From Eledone cirrhosa (lineage: Eukaryota), in NCBI GenBank assembly GCA_964016885.1, contig OZ024762.1, positions 29,140,001 to 29,204,000 on the forward strand: a DNA stretch of 64,000 bases. Reading direction: 5' to 3'. The notes under the pieces are model-generated. The model searched no databases, was not told where the DNA came from, and saw only the letters and a list, made by a program, of their open reading frames with translations. This document shows positions 15,001-29,400 of the stretch, piece after piece. The position numbers and the translations under genes are program-made. Every line of letters begins with the position of its first letter. Within the stretch, counting starts at the first letter, position 1.

Positions 15001-18000
15001 ATCTCAGTGTCTTCTCCCACACACTACAACTTATCCCTCTTATACACAGTTTCTCTCTCAACACATCACATGTCCATACCATCTCAGTCTTCTCTCCCAC
15101 ACACCACAACTTATCCCTCTTATACACAGTTTCTCTCTCAATACATCACATGTCCATACCATCTCAGTCTTCTCTCCCACACACTACAACTTATCCCTCT
15201 TATACACAGTTTCTCTCTCAACACATCACATGTCATACCATCTCAGTCTTCTCTCCCAGACACCACAACATATCCCTCTTATACAGTTTCTCTCTCAATA
15301 CATCACATGTCCATACTATCTCAGTTTTCTCTCCCACACACGACAACTTATCCCTCTTATACCCAGTTTCTCTCTCAACACATCACATGTCCATACCATC
15401 TCAGTGTCTTCTCCCACACACTACAACTTATCCCTCTTATACACAGTTTCTCTCTCAACACATCACATGTCCATACCATCTCAGTCTTCTCTCCCACACA
15501 CCACAACTTATCCCTCTTATACACAGTTTCTCTCTCAACACATCACATGTCGATACCATCTCAGTCTTCTCTCCCAATCACTACAACTTATCCCTCTTAT
15601 ACACAGTTAATCTCTCAACACATCACATGTCCATGCCATCTCAGTCTTCTCTCCCACTCACTACAACTTATCCCTCTTATACCCAGTTTCTTTCTCAACA
15701 CATCACATGTCCATACCACCTCAGTCTTCTCTCCCACACACCACAACTTATCCCTCTTATACACAGTTTCTCTCTCAACACATCACATGTCCATACCATC
15801 TCAGTCTTCTCTCCCACACACCACAATTTATCCCTCTTATACCCAGTTTCTCTCTCAACACATCACATGTCCATACCATCTCAGTGTCTTCTCCCACACA
15901 CTACAACTTATCCCTCTTATACACAGTTTCTCTCTCAACACATCACATGTCCATACCATCTCAGTCTTCTCTCCCACACACCACAACTTATCCCTCTTAT
16001 ACACAGTTTCTCTCTCAACACATCACATGTCCATACCATCTCAGTCTTCTCTCCCAATCACTACAACTTATCCCTCTTATACACAGTTTCTCTCTCAACA
16101 CATCACATGTCCATACCATCTCAGTGTCTTCTCCCACACACTACAACTTATCCCTCTTATACACAGTTTCTCTCTCAACACATCACATGTCCATACCATC
16201 TCAGTCTTCTCTCCCACACACCACAACTTATCCCTCTTATACACAGTTTCTCTCTCAATACATCACATGTCCATACCATCTCAGTCTTCTCTCCCACACA
16301 CTACAACTTATCCCTCTTATACACAGTTTCTCTCTCAACATATCACATGTCCATACCATCTCAGTCTTCTCTCCCACACACCACAACTTATCCCTCTTAT
16401 ACAGTTTCTCTCTCAATACATCACATGTCCATACTATCTCAGTTTTCTCTCCCACACACGACAACTTATCCCTCTTATACCCAGTTTCTCTCTCAACACA
16501 TCACATGTCCATACCATCTCAGTGTCTTCTCCCACACACTACAACTTATCCCTCTTATACACAGTTTCTCACTCAACACATCACATGTCCATACCATCTC
16601 AGTCTTCTCTCCCGCACACCACAACTTATCCCTCTTATACACAGTTTCTCTCTCAACACATCACATGTCGATACCATCTCAGTCTTCTCTCCCAATCACT
16701 ACAACTTATCCCTCTTATACACAGTTAATCTCTCAACACATCACATGTCCATGCCATCTCAGTCTTCTCTCCCACTCACTACAACTTATCCCTCTTATAC
16801 ACAGTTAATCTCTCAACACATCACATGTCCATACCATCTCAGTTTTCTCTCCCACTCACTACAACTTATCCCTCTTATACACAGTTTCTCTCTCAACACA
16901 TCACATGTCCATACCATCTCAGTCTTCTCTCCCACACACCACAACTTATCCCTCTTATACCCAGTTTCTCCCTCAACACATCACATGTCCATACCATCTC
17001 AGTCTTCTCTCCCACACACTACAACTTATCTCTCTAATACATAGTTTCTCTCTCAACGCATCACATGTCCATTCCATCTCAGTCTTCTCTCCCACACACT
17101 ACAACTTATCCCTCTTATACATAGTTTCTCTCTCAACACATCACATGTCCATTCCATCTCAGTCTTCTCTCCCTCACACCACAACTTATCCCTCTTATAC
17201 ACAGTTAATCTCTTAACACATCACATGTCCATAGCATCATGTCTTCTCTCCCACACACTACAACTTATCCCTCTTATACACAGTTTCTCTCTCAACACAA
17301 AATGTCCATACCATCACAGTCATCTCTCTCACACACTACGACTTATCCCTCTTATACACAGTTTCTCTCTCAACACATCACATGTCCATACCACCTCAGT
17401 CATCTCTCCCACACACCACAACTTATCCCTCTTATACCCAGTTTCTTTCTCAACTCATCACATGTCCATACCATCTCAGTCTTCTCTCACACACACTACA
17501 ACTTATCCCTCTTATACACAGTTTCTCTCTCAACACATCACATATCCATACCACCTCAGTCTTCTCTCCCACACACCACAACTTATCCCTCTTATACACA
17601 GTTTCTCTCTCAACACAAAATGTCCATACCATCTCAGTCATCTCTCTCACACACCACAACTTATCCCTCTTATACCCAGTTTCTCTCTCAACTCATCACA
17701 TGTCCATACTATCTCAGTTTTCTCTCCCACACACGACAACTTATCCCTCTTATACCCAGTTTCTCTCTCAACACATCACATGTCCATACCATCTCAGTGT
17801 CTTCTCCCACACACTACAACTTATCCCTCTTATACACAGTTTCTCTCTCAACACATCACATGTCCATATCATCTCAGTCTTCTCTCCCAATCACTACAAC
17901 TTATCCCTCTTATACACAGTTAATCTCTCAACACATCACATGTCCATGCCATCACAGTCTTCTCTCCCACTCACTACAACTTATCCCTCTTATACACAGT

Positions 18001-21000
18001 TTCTCTCTCAACACATCACATGTCCATACCATCTCAGTTTTCTCTCCCACTCACTACAACTTATCCCTCTTATACACAGTTTCTCTCTCAACACATCACA
18101 TGTCCATACCATCTCAGTCTTCTCTCCCACACACCACAACTTATCCGTCTTATACCCAGTTTCTCCCTCAACACATCACATGTCCATACCATCTCAGTCT
18201 TCTCTCCCACACACTACAACGTATCCCTCTTATACACAGTTTCTCTCTCAACGCATCACATGTCCATTCCATCTCAGTCTTCTCTCCCACACACTACAAC
18301 TTATCCCTCTTATACACAGTTTCTCTCTCAACACATCACATGTCCATTCCATCTCAGTCTTCTCTCCCACACACCACAACTTATCCCTCTTATACACAGT
18401 TAATCTCTTAACACATCACATGTCCATACCATCTCAGTCTTCTCTCCCACACACCACAATTTATCCCTCTTATACACAGTTAATCTCTTAACTCATCACA
18501 TATCCATAACATCTCAGTCTTCTCTCCCACACACCACAACTTATCCCTCTTATACACAGTTTCTCTCTCAACACATCACATGTCCATACCATCACAGTCT
18601 TCTCTCCCACACACTACAACTGATCCCTCTTATACACAGTTTCTCTCTCAACACATCACATGTCCATACCATCTCAGTCTTCTCTCCCACACACTACAAC
18701 TGATCCCTCTTATACACAGTTTCTCTCTCAACTCATCACATGTCCATACCATCTCAGTCTTCTCTCCCACACACTACAACTTATCCCTCTTATACACAGT
18801 TTCTCTCTCAACTCATCACATGTCCATACCACCTCAGTCTTCTCTCCCACACACCACAACTTATCCCTCTCATACCCATTTTCTCTCTCAACACATCACA
18901 TGTCCATACCATCTCAGTCTTCTCTCCCACACACCACAACTTATCCCTCTTATCCACAGTTTCTCTCTCAACACATCACATGTCCATACCATCTCAGTCT
19001 TCTCTCCCACACACTACAACTTATCCCTCTTATACACAGTTTCTCTCTCAACACATCACATGTCCATACTATCTCAGTCTTCTCTCCCACACACCACAAC
19101 TTATCCCTCTTATACACAGTTTCTCTCTCAACACATCACATGTCCATACCATCTCAGTTTTCTCTCCCACACACCACAACTTATCCCTCTTATACCCAGT
19201 TTCTCTCTCAACTCATCACATGTCCATACCATCTCAGTCTTCTCTCCCACACACTACAACTTATCCCTCTTATACACAGTTTCTCTCTCAACACATCACA
19301 TGTCCATACCATCTCAGTCTTCTCTCCCACACACTACAACTTATCCCTCTTATACCCAGTTTCTCTCTCAATACATCACATGTCCATACTATCTCAGTTT
19401 TCTCTCCCACACACTACAACTTATCCCTCTTATACCCAGTTTCTCTCTCAACACATCACATGTCCATACCATCTCAGTGTCTTCTCCCACACACTACAAC
19501 TTATCCCTCTTATACACAGTTTCTCTCTCAACACATCACATGTCCATACCATCTCAGTCTTCTCTCCCACACACCACAACTTATCCCTCTTATACACAGT
19601 TTCTCTCTCAATACATCACATGTCCATACCATCTCAGTCTTCTCTCCCACACACTACAACTTATCCCTCTTATACCCAGTTTCTCTCTCAACTCATCACA
19701 TGTCCATACCATCTCAGTCTTCTCTCCCACACACTACAACTTATCCCTCTTATACACAGTTTCTCTCTCAACACATCACATATCCATACCACCTCAGTCT
19801 TCTCTCCCACACACCACAACTTATCCCTCTTATACACAGTTTCTCTCTCAACACAAAATGTCCATACCATCTCATTCATCTCTCTCACACACCACAACTT
19901 ATCCCTCTTATACCCAGTTTCTCTCTCAACTCATCACATGTCCATACTATCTCAGTTTTCTCTCCCACACACGACAACTTATCCCTCTTATACCCAGTTT
20001 CTCTCTCAACACATCACATGTCCATACCATCTCAGTGTCTTCTCCCACACACTACAACTTATCCCTCTTATACCCAGTTTCTCTCTCAACACATCACATG
20101 TCCATACCATCTCAGTGTCTTCTCCCACACACTACAACTTATCCCTCTTATACACAGTTTCTCTCTCAACACATCACATGTCCATACCATCTCAGTCTTC
20201 TCTCTCACACACTACAACTTATCCCTCTTATACACAGTTTCTCTCTCAACACATCACATGTCGATACCATCTCAGTCTTCTCTCCCACACACTACAACTT
20301 ATCCCTCTTATACACAGTTAATCTCTCAACACGTCACATGTCCATACCATCTCAGTTTTCTCTCCCACTCACTACAACTTATCCCTCTTATAAACAGTTT
20401 CTCTCTCAACACATCACATGTCCATACCATCTCAGTCTTCTCTCCCACACACCACAACTTATCCCTCTTATACCCAGTTTCTCCCTCAACACATCACATG
20501 TCCATACCATCTCAGTCTTCTCTCCCACACACTACAACTTATCTCTCTAATACACAGTTTCTCTCTCAACGCATCACATGTCCATTCCATCTCAGTCTTC
20601 TCTCCCACACACTACAACTTATCCCTCTTATACACAGTTTCTCTCTCAACAAATCACATGTCCATTCCATCTCCGTCTTCTCTCCCTCACACCACAACTT
20701 ATCCCTCTTATACACAGTTAATCTCTTAACTCATCACATATCCATACCATCTCAGTCTTCTCTCCCACACACTACAACTTATCTCTCTAATACACAGTTT
20801 CTCTCTCAACGCATCACATGTCCATTCCATCTCAGTCTTCTCTCCCACACACTACAACTTATCCCTCTTATACACAGTTTCTCTCTCAACAAATCACATG
20901 TCCATTCCATCTCCGTCTTCTCTCCCTCACACCACAACTTATCCCTCTTATACACAGTTAATCTCTTAACTCATCACATATCCATACCATCTCAGTCTTC

Positions 21001-23512
21001 TCTCCCATACACCACAACTTATCCCTCTTATACACAGTTTCTCTCTCAACTCATCACATGTCCATACCATCTCAGTCTTCTCTCCCACACACTACAACTT
21101 ATCCCTCTCATACCCATTTTCTCTCTCAACACATCACATGTCCATACCATCTCAGACTTCTCTCCCACACACCACAACTTATCCCTCTTATATACAGTTT
21201 CTCTCTCAACACATCACATGTCCATACCATCTCAGCTTTCTCTCCCACACACCACAACTTATCCCTCTTATACCCAGTTTCTCTCTCAACTCATCACATG
21301 TCCATACCATCTCAGTCTTCTCTCCCACACACTACAACTTATCCCTCTTATACACAGTTTCTCTCTCAACACATCACATGTCCATACCATCTCAGTCTTC
21401 TCTCCCACACACCACAACTTATCCCTCTTATACCCAGTTTCTCTCTCAATACATCACATGTCCATACTATCTCAGTTTTCTCTCCCACACACTACAACTT
21501 ATCCCTCTTATACCCAGTTTCTCTCTCAACACATCACATGTCCATACCATCTCAGTGTCTTCTCCCACACACTACAACTTATCCCTCTTATACACAGTTT
21601 CTCTCTCAACACATCACATGTCCATACCATCTCAGTCTTCTCTCCCACACACCACAACTTATCCCTCTTATACACAGTCCCTCTCTCAATACATCACATC
21701 TCCATACCATCTCAGTCTTCTCTCCCACACACTACAATTTATCCCTCTTATACACAGTTTCTCTCTCAACACATCACATGTCCATACCATCTCAGTGTCT
21801 TCTCCCACACACTACAACTTATCCCTCTTATACACAGTTTCTCTCTCAACACATCACATGTCCATACCATCTCAGTCTTCTCTCCCACACACCACAACTT
21901 ATCCCTCTTATACACAGTTTCTCTCTCAATACATCACATGTCCATACCATCTCAGTCTTCTCTCCCACACACTACAACTTATCCCTCTTATACACAGTTT
22001 CTCTCTCAACACATCACATGTCCATACCATCTCAGTCTTCTCTCCCACACACCACAACTTATCCCTCTTATACACAGTTTCTCTCTCAATACATCACATG
22101 TCCATACTATCTCAGTTTTCTCTCCCACACACGACAACTTATCCCTCTTATACCCAGTTTCTCTCTCAACACATCACATGTCCATACCATCTCAGTGTCT
22201 TCTCCCACACACTACAACTTATCCCTCTTATACACAGTTTCTCTCTCAACACATCACATGTCTATACCATCTCAGTCTTCTCTCCCACACACCACAACTT
22301 ATCCCTCTTATACACAGTTTCTCTCTCAACACATCACATGTCGATACCATCTCAGTCTTCTCTCCCAATCACTACAACGTATCCCTCTTATACACAGTTA
22401 ATCTCTCAACACATCACATGTCCATGCCATCTCAGTCTTCTCTCCCACTCACTACAACTTATCCCTCTTATACACAGTTTCTCTCTCAACACATCACATG
22501 TCCATACCATCTCAGTCTTCTCTCCCACACACCACAACTTATCCCTCTTATACCCAGTTTCTCCCTCAACACATCACATGTCCATACCATCTCAGTCTTC
22601 TCTCCCACACACTACAACTTATCTCTCTAATACACAGTTTCTCTCTCAACGCATCACATGTCCATTCCATCTCAGTCTTGTCTCCCACACACTACAACTT
22701 ATCCCTCTTTTACACAGTTTCTCTCTCAACACATCACATGTCCATTCCATCTCAGTCTTCTCTCCCTCACACCACAACTTATCCCTCTTATACACAGTTA
22801 ATCTCTTAACACATCACATGTCCATACCATCACAGTCTTTTCTCCCACACACTACAACTTATCCCTCTTATACACAGTTTCTCTCTCAACACATCACATA
22901 TCCATACCACCTCAGTCTTCTCTCCCACACACCACAACTTAACCCTCTTATACACAGTTTCTCTCTCAACACAAAATGTCCATACCATCTCAGTCATCTC
23001 TCTCACACACTACGACTTATCCCTCTTATACACAGTTTCTCTCTCAACACATCACATGTCCATACCACCTCAGTCATCTCTCCCACACACCACAACTTAT
23101 CCCTCTTATACCCAGTTTCTCTCTCAACTCATCACATGTCCATACCATCTCAGTCTTCTCTCCCACACACTACAACTTATCCCTCTTATACACAGTTTCT
23201 CTCTCAACACATCACATGTCCATACCACCTCAGTGATCTCTCCCACACACCACAACTTATCCCTCTTATACACAGTTTCTCTCTGAACACATCACATATC
23301 CATACCACCTCAGTCTTCTCTCCCACACACCACAACTTATCCCTCTTATACACAGTTTCTCTCTCAACACATCACATGTCCATAGCATCTCAGTCATCTC
23401 TCTCACACACTACGACTTATCCCTCTTATACACAGTTTCTCTCTCAACACATCACATGTCCATTCCATCTCAGTCTTCTCTCCCACACACCACAACTTAT
23501 CCCTCTTATACC
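1..23512. repeat. Left domain: pure type-A monomers with kb-scale higher-order duplications
   Basis: All monomers carry ...ACAACTTATCCCTCTTATAC(A/C). The variants CAGTGTCTTCTC and TACTATCTCAGTTTT...CACGA are frequent here. No type-B (CCGTACACTACATTCTAT) monomer seen. Confidence 0.9.
3012..3101 (-). mobile_element. Representative type-A monomer: fragment of an RTE-clade non-LTR retrotransposon (LINE) ORF, post-RT C-terminal region; same origin for all monomers
   Basis: The minus strand reads DVLREKLCIRGISCSVWERRLRWYGHVMY*, also visible in the ORF track at 3012..3221. 'LREKL-x9-ERRLRWYGHVM' matches the pattern and spacing of the conserved RTE/BovB-type segment (I/L)R.K.....I...(I/V)R..RLRW(F/Y)GHV.R. 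Recognised from knowledge of the family, not from a search. Confidence 0.8.
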
Positions 23513-26468
23513 CAGTTTCTCTCTCAACACATCACATGTCCATACCACCTCAGTCTCCTGTCCCGTACACTACATTCTATCCTTCTCAGACACAGTTTCT
23601 CTCTCAACACATCACATGTCCATACCACCTCAATCTCCTCTCCCGTACACTACATTCTATCCCTCTCAGACACAGTTTCTCTCTCAACACATCACATGTC
23701 CATACCACCTCAGTCTCCTCTCCCGTACACTACATTCTATCCCTCTCAGACACAGTTTCTCTCTCAACACATCACATGTCCATACCACCTCAGTCTCCTG
23801 TCCCGTACACTACATTCTATCCTTCTCAGACACAGTTTCTCTCTCAACACATTACATGTCCATACCACCTCAGTCTCCTCTCCCGTACACTACATTCTAT
23901 CCCTCTCAGACACAGTTTCTCTCTCAACACATCACATGTCCATACCACCTCAGTCTCCTCTCCCGTACACTACATTCTATGCCTCTCAGACACAGTTTCT
24001 CTCTCAACACATCACATGTCCATACCACCTCAGTCTCCTGTCCCGTACACTACATTCTATCCTTCTCAGACACAGTTTCTCTCTCAACACATCACATGTC
24101 CATACCACCTCAGTCTCCTCTCCCGTACACTACATTCTATCCCTCTCAGACACAGTTTCTCTCTCAACACATCACATGTCCATACCACCTCAGTCTCCTC
24201 TCCCGTACACTACATTCTATCCTTCTCAGATACAGTTTCTCTCTCAACACATTACATGTCCATACCACCTCAGTCTCCTCTGCCGTACACTACATTCTAT
24301 CCCTCTCAGACACAGTTTCTCTCTCAACACATCACATGACCATACCACCTCAGTCTCCTCTCCCGTACACTACATTCTATCCCTCTCAGACAGTTTCTCT
24401 CTCAACACATCACATGTCCATACCACCTCAGTCTTCTCTCCCGTACACTACATTCTATCCCTCTCAGACACAGTTTCTCTCTCAACACATCACATGTCTA
24501 TACCTCCTCAGTCTCCTCTCCTGTACACTACATTCTATCCCTCTCAGACACAGTTTCTCTCTCAACACATTACATGTCCATACCACCTCAGTCTCCTCTC
24601 CCGTACACTACATTCTATCCTTCTCAGACACAGTTTCTCTCTCAACACATTACATGTCCATACCACCTCAGTCTCCTCTCCCGTACACTACATTCTATCC
24701 CTCTCAGATACAGTTTCTCTCTCAACACATCACATGTCCATACCACCTCAGTCTCCTCTCCCGTACACTACATTCTATCCCTCTCAGATACAGTTTCTCT
24801 CTCAACACATTACATGTCCATACCACCTTAGTCTCCTCTCCCGTACACTACATTCTATCCCTCTCAGATACAGTTTCTCTCTCAACACATTACATGTCCA
24901 TACCACCTCAGTCTCCTCTCCCGTACACTACATTCTATCCCTCTCAGATACAGTTTCTCTCTCAACACATCACATGTCCATACCACCTCAGTCTCCTCTC
25001 CCGTACACTACATTCTATGCCTCTCAGACACAGTTTCTCTCTCAACACATCACATGTCCATACCACCTCAGTCTCCTGTCCCGTACACTACATTCTATCC
25101 TTCTCAGACACAGTTTCTCTCTCAACACATCACATGTCCATACCACCTCAGTCTCCTCTCCCGTACACTACATTCTATCCCTCTCAGACACAGTTTCTCT
25201 CTCAACACATCACATGTCCATACCACCTCAGTCTCCTCTCCCGTACACTACATTCTATCCTTCTCAGATACAGTTTCTCTCTCAACACATTACATGTCCA
25301 TACCACCTCAGTCTCCTCTGCCGTACACTACATTCTATCCCTCTCAGACACAGTTTCTCTCTCAACACATCACATGACCATACCACCTCAGTCTCCTCTC
25401 CCGTACACTACATTCTATCCCTCTCAGACAGTTTCTCTCTCAACACATCACATGTCCATACCACCTCAGTCTTCTCTCCCGTACACTACATTCTATCCCT
25501 CTCAGACACAGTTTCTCTCTCAACACATCACATGTCTATACCTCCTCAGTCTCCTCTCCTGTACACTACATTCTATCCCTCTCAGACACAGTTTCTCTCT
25601 CAACACATTACATGTCCATACCACCTCAGTCTCCTCTCCCGTACACTACATTCTATCCTTCTCAGACACAGTTTCTCTCTCAACACATTACATGTCCATA
25701 CCACCTCAGTCTCCTCTCCCGTACACTACATTCTATCCCTCTCAGATACAGTTTCTCTCTCAACACATCACATGTCCATACCACCTCAGTCTCCTCTCCC
25801 GTACACTACATTCTATCCCTCTCAGATACAGTTTCTCTCTCAACACATTACATGTCCATACCACCTTAGTCTCCTCTCCCGTACACTACATTCTATCCCT
25901 CTCAGATACAGTTTCTCTCTCAACACATTACATGTCCATACCACCTCAGTCTCCTCTCCCGTACACTACATTCTATCCCTCTCAGATACAGTTTCTCTCT
26001 CAACACATCACATGTCCATACCACCTCAGTCTCCTCTCCCGTACACTACATTCTATCCCTCTCAGATACAGTTTCTCTCTCAACACATCACATGTCCATA
26101 CCACCTCAGTCTCCTCTCCCGTACACTACATTCTATCCTTCTCAGACACAGTTTCTCTCTCAACACATCACATGTCCATACCACCTCAGTCTATTCTCCC
26201 GTACACTACATTCTATCCCTCTCAGACACAGTTTCTCTCTCAACACATCACATGTCCATACCACCTCAGTCTCCTCTCCCGTACACTACATTCTATCCTT
26301 CTCAGAGACAGTTTCTCTCTCAACACATTACATGTCCATACCACCTCAGTCTCCTCTCCCGTACACTACATTCTATCCCTCTCAGACACAGTTTCTCTCT
26401 CAACACATCACATGTACATACCACCTCAGTCTCCTCTCCCGTACACTACATTATATCCTTCTCAGACA
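23513..26468. repeat. Type-B subfamily block 1 (37 monomers, includes an internal 1038-bp duplication)
   Basis: Every unit has CCGTACACTACATTCTATCC(C/T)TCTCAGA or a one-base variant. Identical ORFs at 24574 and 25612 are offset by 1038 bp. Confidence 0.92.
23684..23773 (-). mobile_element. Representative type-B monomer: RTE-like LINE ORF fragment
   Basis: Minus strand: gat gtg ttg aga gag aaa ctg tgt ctg aga ggg ata gaa tgt agt gta cgg gag agg aga ctg agg tgg tat gga cat gtg atg = DVLREKLCLRGIECSVRERRLRWYGHVM. Confidence 0.8.
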
Positions 26469-29400
26469 CAGTTTCTCTCTCAACACGTCACATGTCCATA
26501 CCACCTCAGTCTCCTCTCCCACACACCACAACTTATCCCTCTTATACACAGTTTCTCTCTCAACACATCACATGTTCATACCATCTCAGTCTCCTCTCCC
26601 ACACACCACAACTTATCCCTCTTATACACAGTTTCTCTGTCAACACATCACATGTCCATACCATCTCAGTCATCTCTCCCACACACCACAACTTATCCCT
26701 CTTATACCCAGTTTCTATCTCAACTCATCACATGCCTATTCCATCTCAGTCTTCTCTCCCACACACCACAACTTATCCCTCTTATACACAGTTTCTCTCT
26801 CAACTCATCACATGTCCATACCATCTCAGTCTTCTCTCCCACACACTACAACTTATAACTTATCCCTCTTATACACAGTTTCTCTCTCAACTCATCACAT
26901 GTCCATTCCATCTCAGTCTTCTCTCCCACACACCACAACTTATCCCTCTTATACACAGTTTCTCTCTCAACACATCACATGTCCAAACCATCTCAGTCTT
27001 CTCCCCCACACACTACAACTTATCCCTCTTATACACAGTTTCTCTATCAACACATCACATGTCCATACCACCTCAGTCTTCTCTCCTGTACACTACAACT
27101 TATCCCTCTTATACACAGTTTCTCTCTCAACACATCACATGTCCATACCATCTCAGTCTTCTCTCCCACACACTATAACTTATCCCTCTGATACACAGTT
27201 TCTCTCTCAACACATCACATGTCCATACCATCTCAGTCTTCTCTCCCACACACTACAACTTATGCCTCTTATACACAGTTTCTCTCTCAACACATCACAT
27301 GTCCATACCACCTCAGTCATCTCTCCCATACACCACAACTTATCCCTCTTATACCTAGTTTCTCTCTCAACTCATCACATGTCTATTCCATCTCAGTCTT
27401 CTCTCCCACACACCACAACTTATCCCTCTGATACACAGTTTCTCTCTCAACTCATCACACGTCCATACCACCTCAGTCTTCTCTCCCACACACCACAACT
27501 TATCCCTCTTATACGCAGTTTCTCTCTCAACTCATCACATGTCCATACCGTCTCAGTCTTTTCTCCCACACACCACAACTTATCCCTCTTATACCCAGTT
27601 TCTCTCTCAACTCATCACATGTCCATACCATCTCAGTCTTCTCTCCCACACACTACAACTTATCCCACTTATACACAGTTTCTCTCTCAACACATCACAT
27701 GTCCATACCACCTCAGTCATCTCTCACACACACCACAACTTATCCCTCTTATACCCAGTTTCTTTCTCAACACATCACATGTCCATACCACCTCAGTCAT
27801 CTCTCCCACACACCACAACTTATCCCTCTTATACCCAGTTTCTCTCTCAACTCATCACATGTCCATACCATCTCAGTCTTCTCTCCCACACACTACAACT
27901 TATCCCTCTTATACACAGTTTCTCTCTCAACGCATCACATGTCCATACCAGCTCAGTGATCTCTCCCACACACCACAACTTATCCCTCTTATACACAGTT
28001 TCTCTCTCAACACATCACATATCCATACCACCTCAGTCTTCTCTCCCACACACCACAACTTATCCCCCTTATACACAGTTTCTCTCTCAACACAAAATGT
28101 CCATACCATCTCAGTCATCTCTCTCACACACTACGACTTATCCCTCTTATACACAGTTTCTCTCTCAACTCATCACATGTCCATTCCATCTCAGTCTTCT
28201 CTCCCACACACCACAACTTATCCCTCTTATACCCAGTTTCTCTCTCAACACATCACATGTCCATACCACCTCAGTCATCTCTCCCACACACCACAACTTA
28301 TCCCTCTTATACACAGTTTCTCTCTCAACTCATCACATGTCCATACCACCTCAGTCATCTCTCCCACACACCACAACTTATCCCTCTTATACACAGTTTC
28401 TCTCTCAACACATCACATGTCCATACCATCTCAATCTTCTCTCCCACACACCACAACTTATCCCTCTTATACACAGTTAATCTCTCAACACATCACATGA
28501 CCATACCACCTCAGTCATCTCTCTCACACACCACAACTTATCCCTCTAATACACAGTTTCTCTCTCAACACATCACATGTCCATACCACCTCAGTCTTCT
28601 CTCCCACACACCACAACTTATCCCTCTTATACACAGTTTCTCTCTGAACACATCACATGTCCATACCACCTCAGTCATCTCTCCCACACACCACAACTTA
28701 TCCCTCTTATACACAGTTTCTCTCTCAACACTTCACATGTCCATACCATCTCAATCTTCTCTCCCACACACCACAACTTATCCCTCTTATACACAGTTAA
28801 TCTCTCAACACATCACATGACCATACCACCTCAGTCATCTCTCTCACACACCACAACTTATCCCTCTTATACCCAGTTTCTCTCTCAACACATCACATGT
28901 CCATACCACCTCAGTCTTCTCTCCCACACACCACAACTTATCCCTCTTATACACAGTTTCTCTCTCAACACATCACATGTCCATACCACCTCAGTCATCT
29001 CTCCCACACACCACAACTTATCCCTCTTATACACAGTTTCTCTCTCAACACATCACATGTCCATTCCATCTCAGTCTTCTCTCCCACACACTACAACTTA
29101 TCCCTCTGATACCCAGTTTCTCTCTCAACACATCACATGTCCATACCATCTCAGTCTTCTCTCCCACACACCACAACTTATCCCTCTTATACAGAGTTTC
29201 TCTCTCAACACGTCACATGTCCATACCATCTCAGTCTTCTCTCCCACACACCACAACTTATCCCTCTTATACCCAGTTTCTCCCTCAACACATCACATGT
29301 CCATACCATCCCAGTCTTCTCCTCCGCTCACTACAACTTATCCTTCTGATACACAGTTTCTCTCCCACACACCACAACTTATCTCTCTTATACACAGTTT

